This document shows, one piece after another, positions 5,986 through 7,308 of a stretch of DNA of 7,308 nucleotides (the first letter of the stretch is position 1; every line of letters begins with the position of its first letter). The notes beneath the pieces are model-generated. The model did not search any database, was not told the DNA's origin, and saw nothing but the letters and a program-made list of their open reading frames with translations. The DNA lies in NCBI GenBank assembly GCA_018985225.1, contig JADGIF010000517.1, positions 1-7,308 of the forward strand, in the 5' to 3' direction. The stretch is from Amoeboradix gromovi X-113. Its lineage: Eukaryota; Fungi; Sanchytriomycota. A program made the translations under genes and the position numbers.

Positions 5986-6702
5986 ATGATCGTCTCTATT
6001 CTTCTTTCATTTGCTGCAATATGGCACAAAGTTGTGAATAACACAATTCCACAAGGCGTACGAGTTAGGTGGAATTTAACAGATCATCGAATGGAATACA
6101 CTCACACTTTAATACATAGTTTAGTTTCCGAAAAGCAAACCGGCGTATCTATAAATAAAAACTCTCACAATGATGCAAAAGAGTACTCTATGGATAACTT
6201 TTTAAAACATTTTTATCAGGTAGGGAATCAAATGTTTTTAACTGTAAGTAAACCCGAATTAGAGCAGTATGTTAGGCATCCAGAATTTATTGAAAATCTT
6301 GCTTACAATGCCAGTGACTTAAGCACAGGAATTGTGATGGCCAACTCAGAAGTCATTGATGTTCTTGTAGACAATTTAGAGCTAGACTCAACCCAAGCTG
6401 CCTTTATGGCGATTGTTCAAAACAACCCTTTTGCACAGAATAAAATCAAGGAGCGTTATCCTTATTTACTTTTGCATCTGGTTAGTCTACCTACAACTAA
6501 AACTAGTGTCAAGATGATATCCTCTTTCCTAAGAGGCAACTCTGAGCTCTCTCAGCTTTTTGTGGATCAAGTAGGACTTGAATGGTTAAATAAGAAGACA
6601 GATGAACATCCTAAATTGTTCTCTCTTTTTAACTGTCTGGGCTATGACATTGGCAATTCTATACCAAACGAAGCCATCAAGACTTTTTTTAATTGTGATT
6701 GA
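5986..6702 (+). CDS. SIL1: SIL1/Sls1-like ER nucleotide exchange factor for BiP (short, 238 aa)
   Basis: Hydrophobic signal-like N-terminus; WHKV...IPQGVRVRWNLT matches the SIL1 N-terminal W..V...IP.G..VR.NL motif; armadillo-fold motifs VQNNPFAQ and ISSFLRGN...GLEWL. The first ATG is at 5986 (the track start 5977 is TTG). Confidence 0.75.
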   Translation: MIVSILLSFAAIWHKVVNNTIPQGVRVRWNLTDHRMEYTHTLIHSLVSEKQTGVSINKNSHNDAKEYSMDNFLKHFYQVGNQMFLTVSKPELEQYVRHPEFIENLAYNASDLSTGIVMANSEVIDVLVDNLELDSTQAAFMAIVQNNPFAQNKIKERYPYLLLHLVSLPTTKTSVKMISSFLRGNSELSQLFVDQVGLEWLNKKTDEHPKLFSLFNCLGYDIGNSIPNEAIKTFFNCD

Positions 6703-6734
6703 AACAAATAAATGAAATTAATTTTTGAAACGTT

Positions 6735-7007
6735 ATGACTGTTGAAGTTTACTATTCATCAGTTTCAGGAAACATCAAGGTGAAAAAGACGACAGAGTCT
6801 ATCTTTCAGTATTTGGAGGCTCGAAAAATTTCTTTCACCAGAGTTGACTTATCACTTGCTGAAAATGAAGATAAGAAGTCAGCACTGTCAAAGTTGAAAG
6901 GTTCGATAGAAATTCCTAGTATATTTATTAATGGCAAATATAGAGGTGGTGTAGATGAATTTGAAGATGCTTGTGAAAATGGAACAGATAAAGCTTTTTT
7001 TTCCTAA
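6735..7007 (+). CDS. SH3BGR-like thioredoxin/glutaredoxin-fold protein (90 aa)
   Basis: VYYSSVSGNIKVKK...LEARKISF..VDLS and PSIFINGKYRGGVDEFEDACE match the SH3BGR family. It lacks CxxC, as expected for that family. Confidence 0.85.
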   Translation: MTVEVYYSSVSGNIKVKKTTESIFQYLEARKISFTRVDLSLAENEDKKSALSKLKGSIEIPSIFINGKYRGGVDEFEDACENGTDKAFFS

Positions 7008-7308
7008 TAATAAATTCCGCTTCATTTAAATCTAAGATACACCGCACAGTTCCATTTGAACAGCTCGATTGTTTTCTTGAATAAATCATTTATCGCGAAT
7101 TTGTATGCATTTTTGTATAATTTCAAGACTTTTCTCAACAGCTTAAATACTCAGTATTCTTCCTTTTCGCAAATGGTAAATGGAGTAAATAGATCTAATC
7201 CTGAACATGTCAAATCTAAAGAAATAACTAGCAGGTACAGCATACAAAGACGTATGATCTGATATACTTACCCTCGTTCAATACGAGCCAGATGCTAAGT
7301 AGCTTGTC

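Noticed and set aside
7056-7308. 68-aa ORF at 7056-7262, and ATACTTACC (7264-7272) as a U1 snRNA 5' end or minus-strand splice donor
   Set aside because: The ORF starts on TTG with no recognisable homology. The motif continues CCTCG rather than CTGG and is cut off by the window end, so it cannot be supported.

Overview
AT-rich, gene-dense eukaryotic nuclear DNA with apparently intronless genes, read with the standard genetic code. It most resembles a compact-genome fungus-like or opisthokont microbe, though that placement is inference. The host genes are eIF1A and eIF6 (convergent, 8 bp apart), an LSm1-like gene, Mn-SOD, an orphan ORF, a SIL1-like ER nucleotide-exchange factor and an SH3BGR-like protein. 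The ORF track misses the most interesting content: decayed TnpB/Fanzor-like RNA-guided endonuclease loci in the intergenic DNA. Two are clearly homologous inverted copies. One is at 5414-5935 (+), with a CxxC..CxxC zinc ribbon and a DR[Y] motif. The other is at 4335-4512 (-), with the RuvC-III motif NRDHIAAINI. Both carry a conserved hairpin-rich tail after the stop codon that looks like an omegaRNA scaffold. A third, much more eroded candidate lies at ~311-710 (+). Each remnant sits just outside a copy of the same 31-bp terminal-inverted-repeat-like sequence and points away from it. Two of those repeats bound an ~830-bp non-autonomous element (4568-5395) containing a 13-bp minisatellite and a frameshifted basic/zinc-finger ORF.
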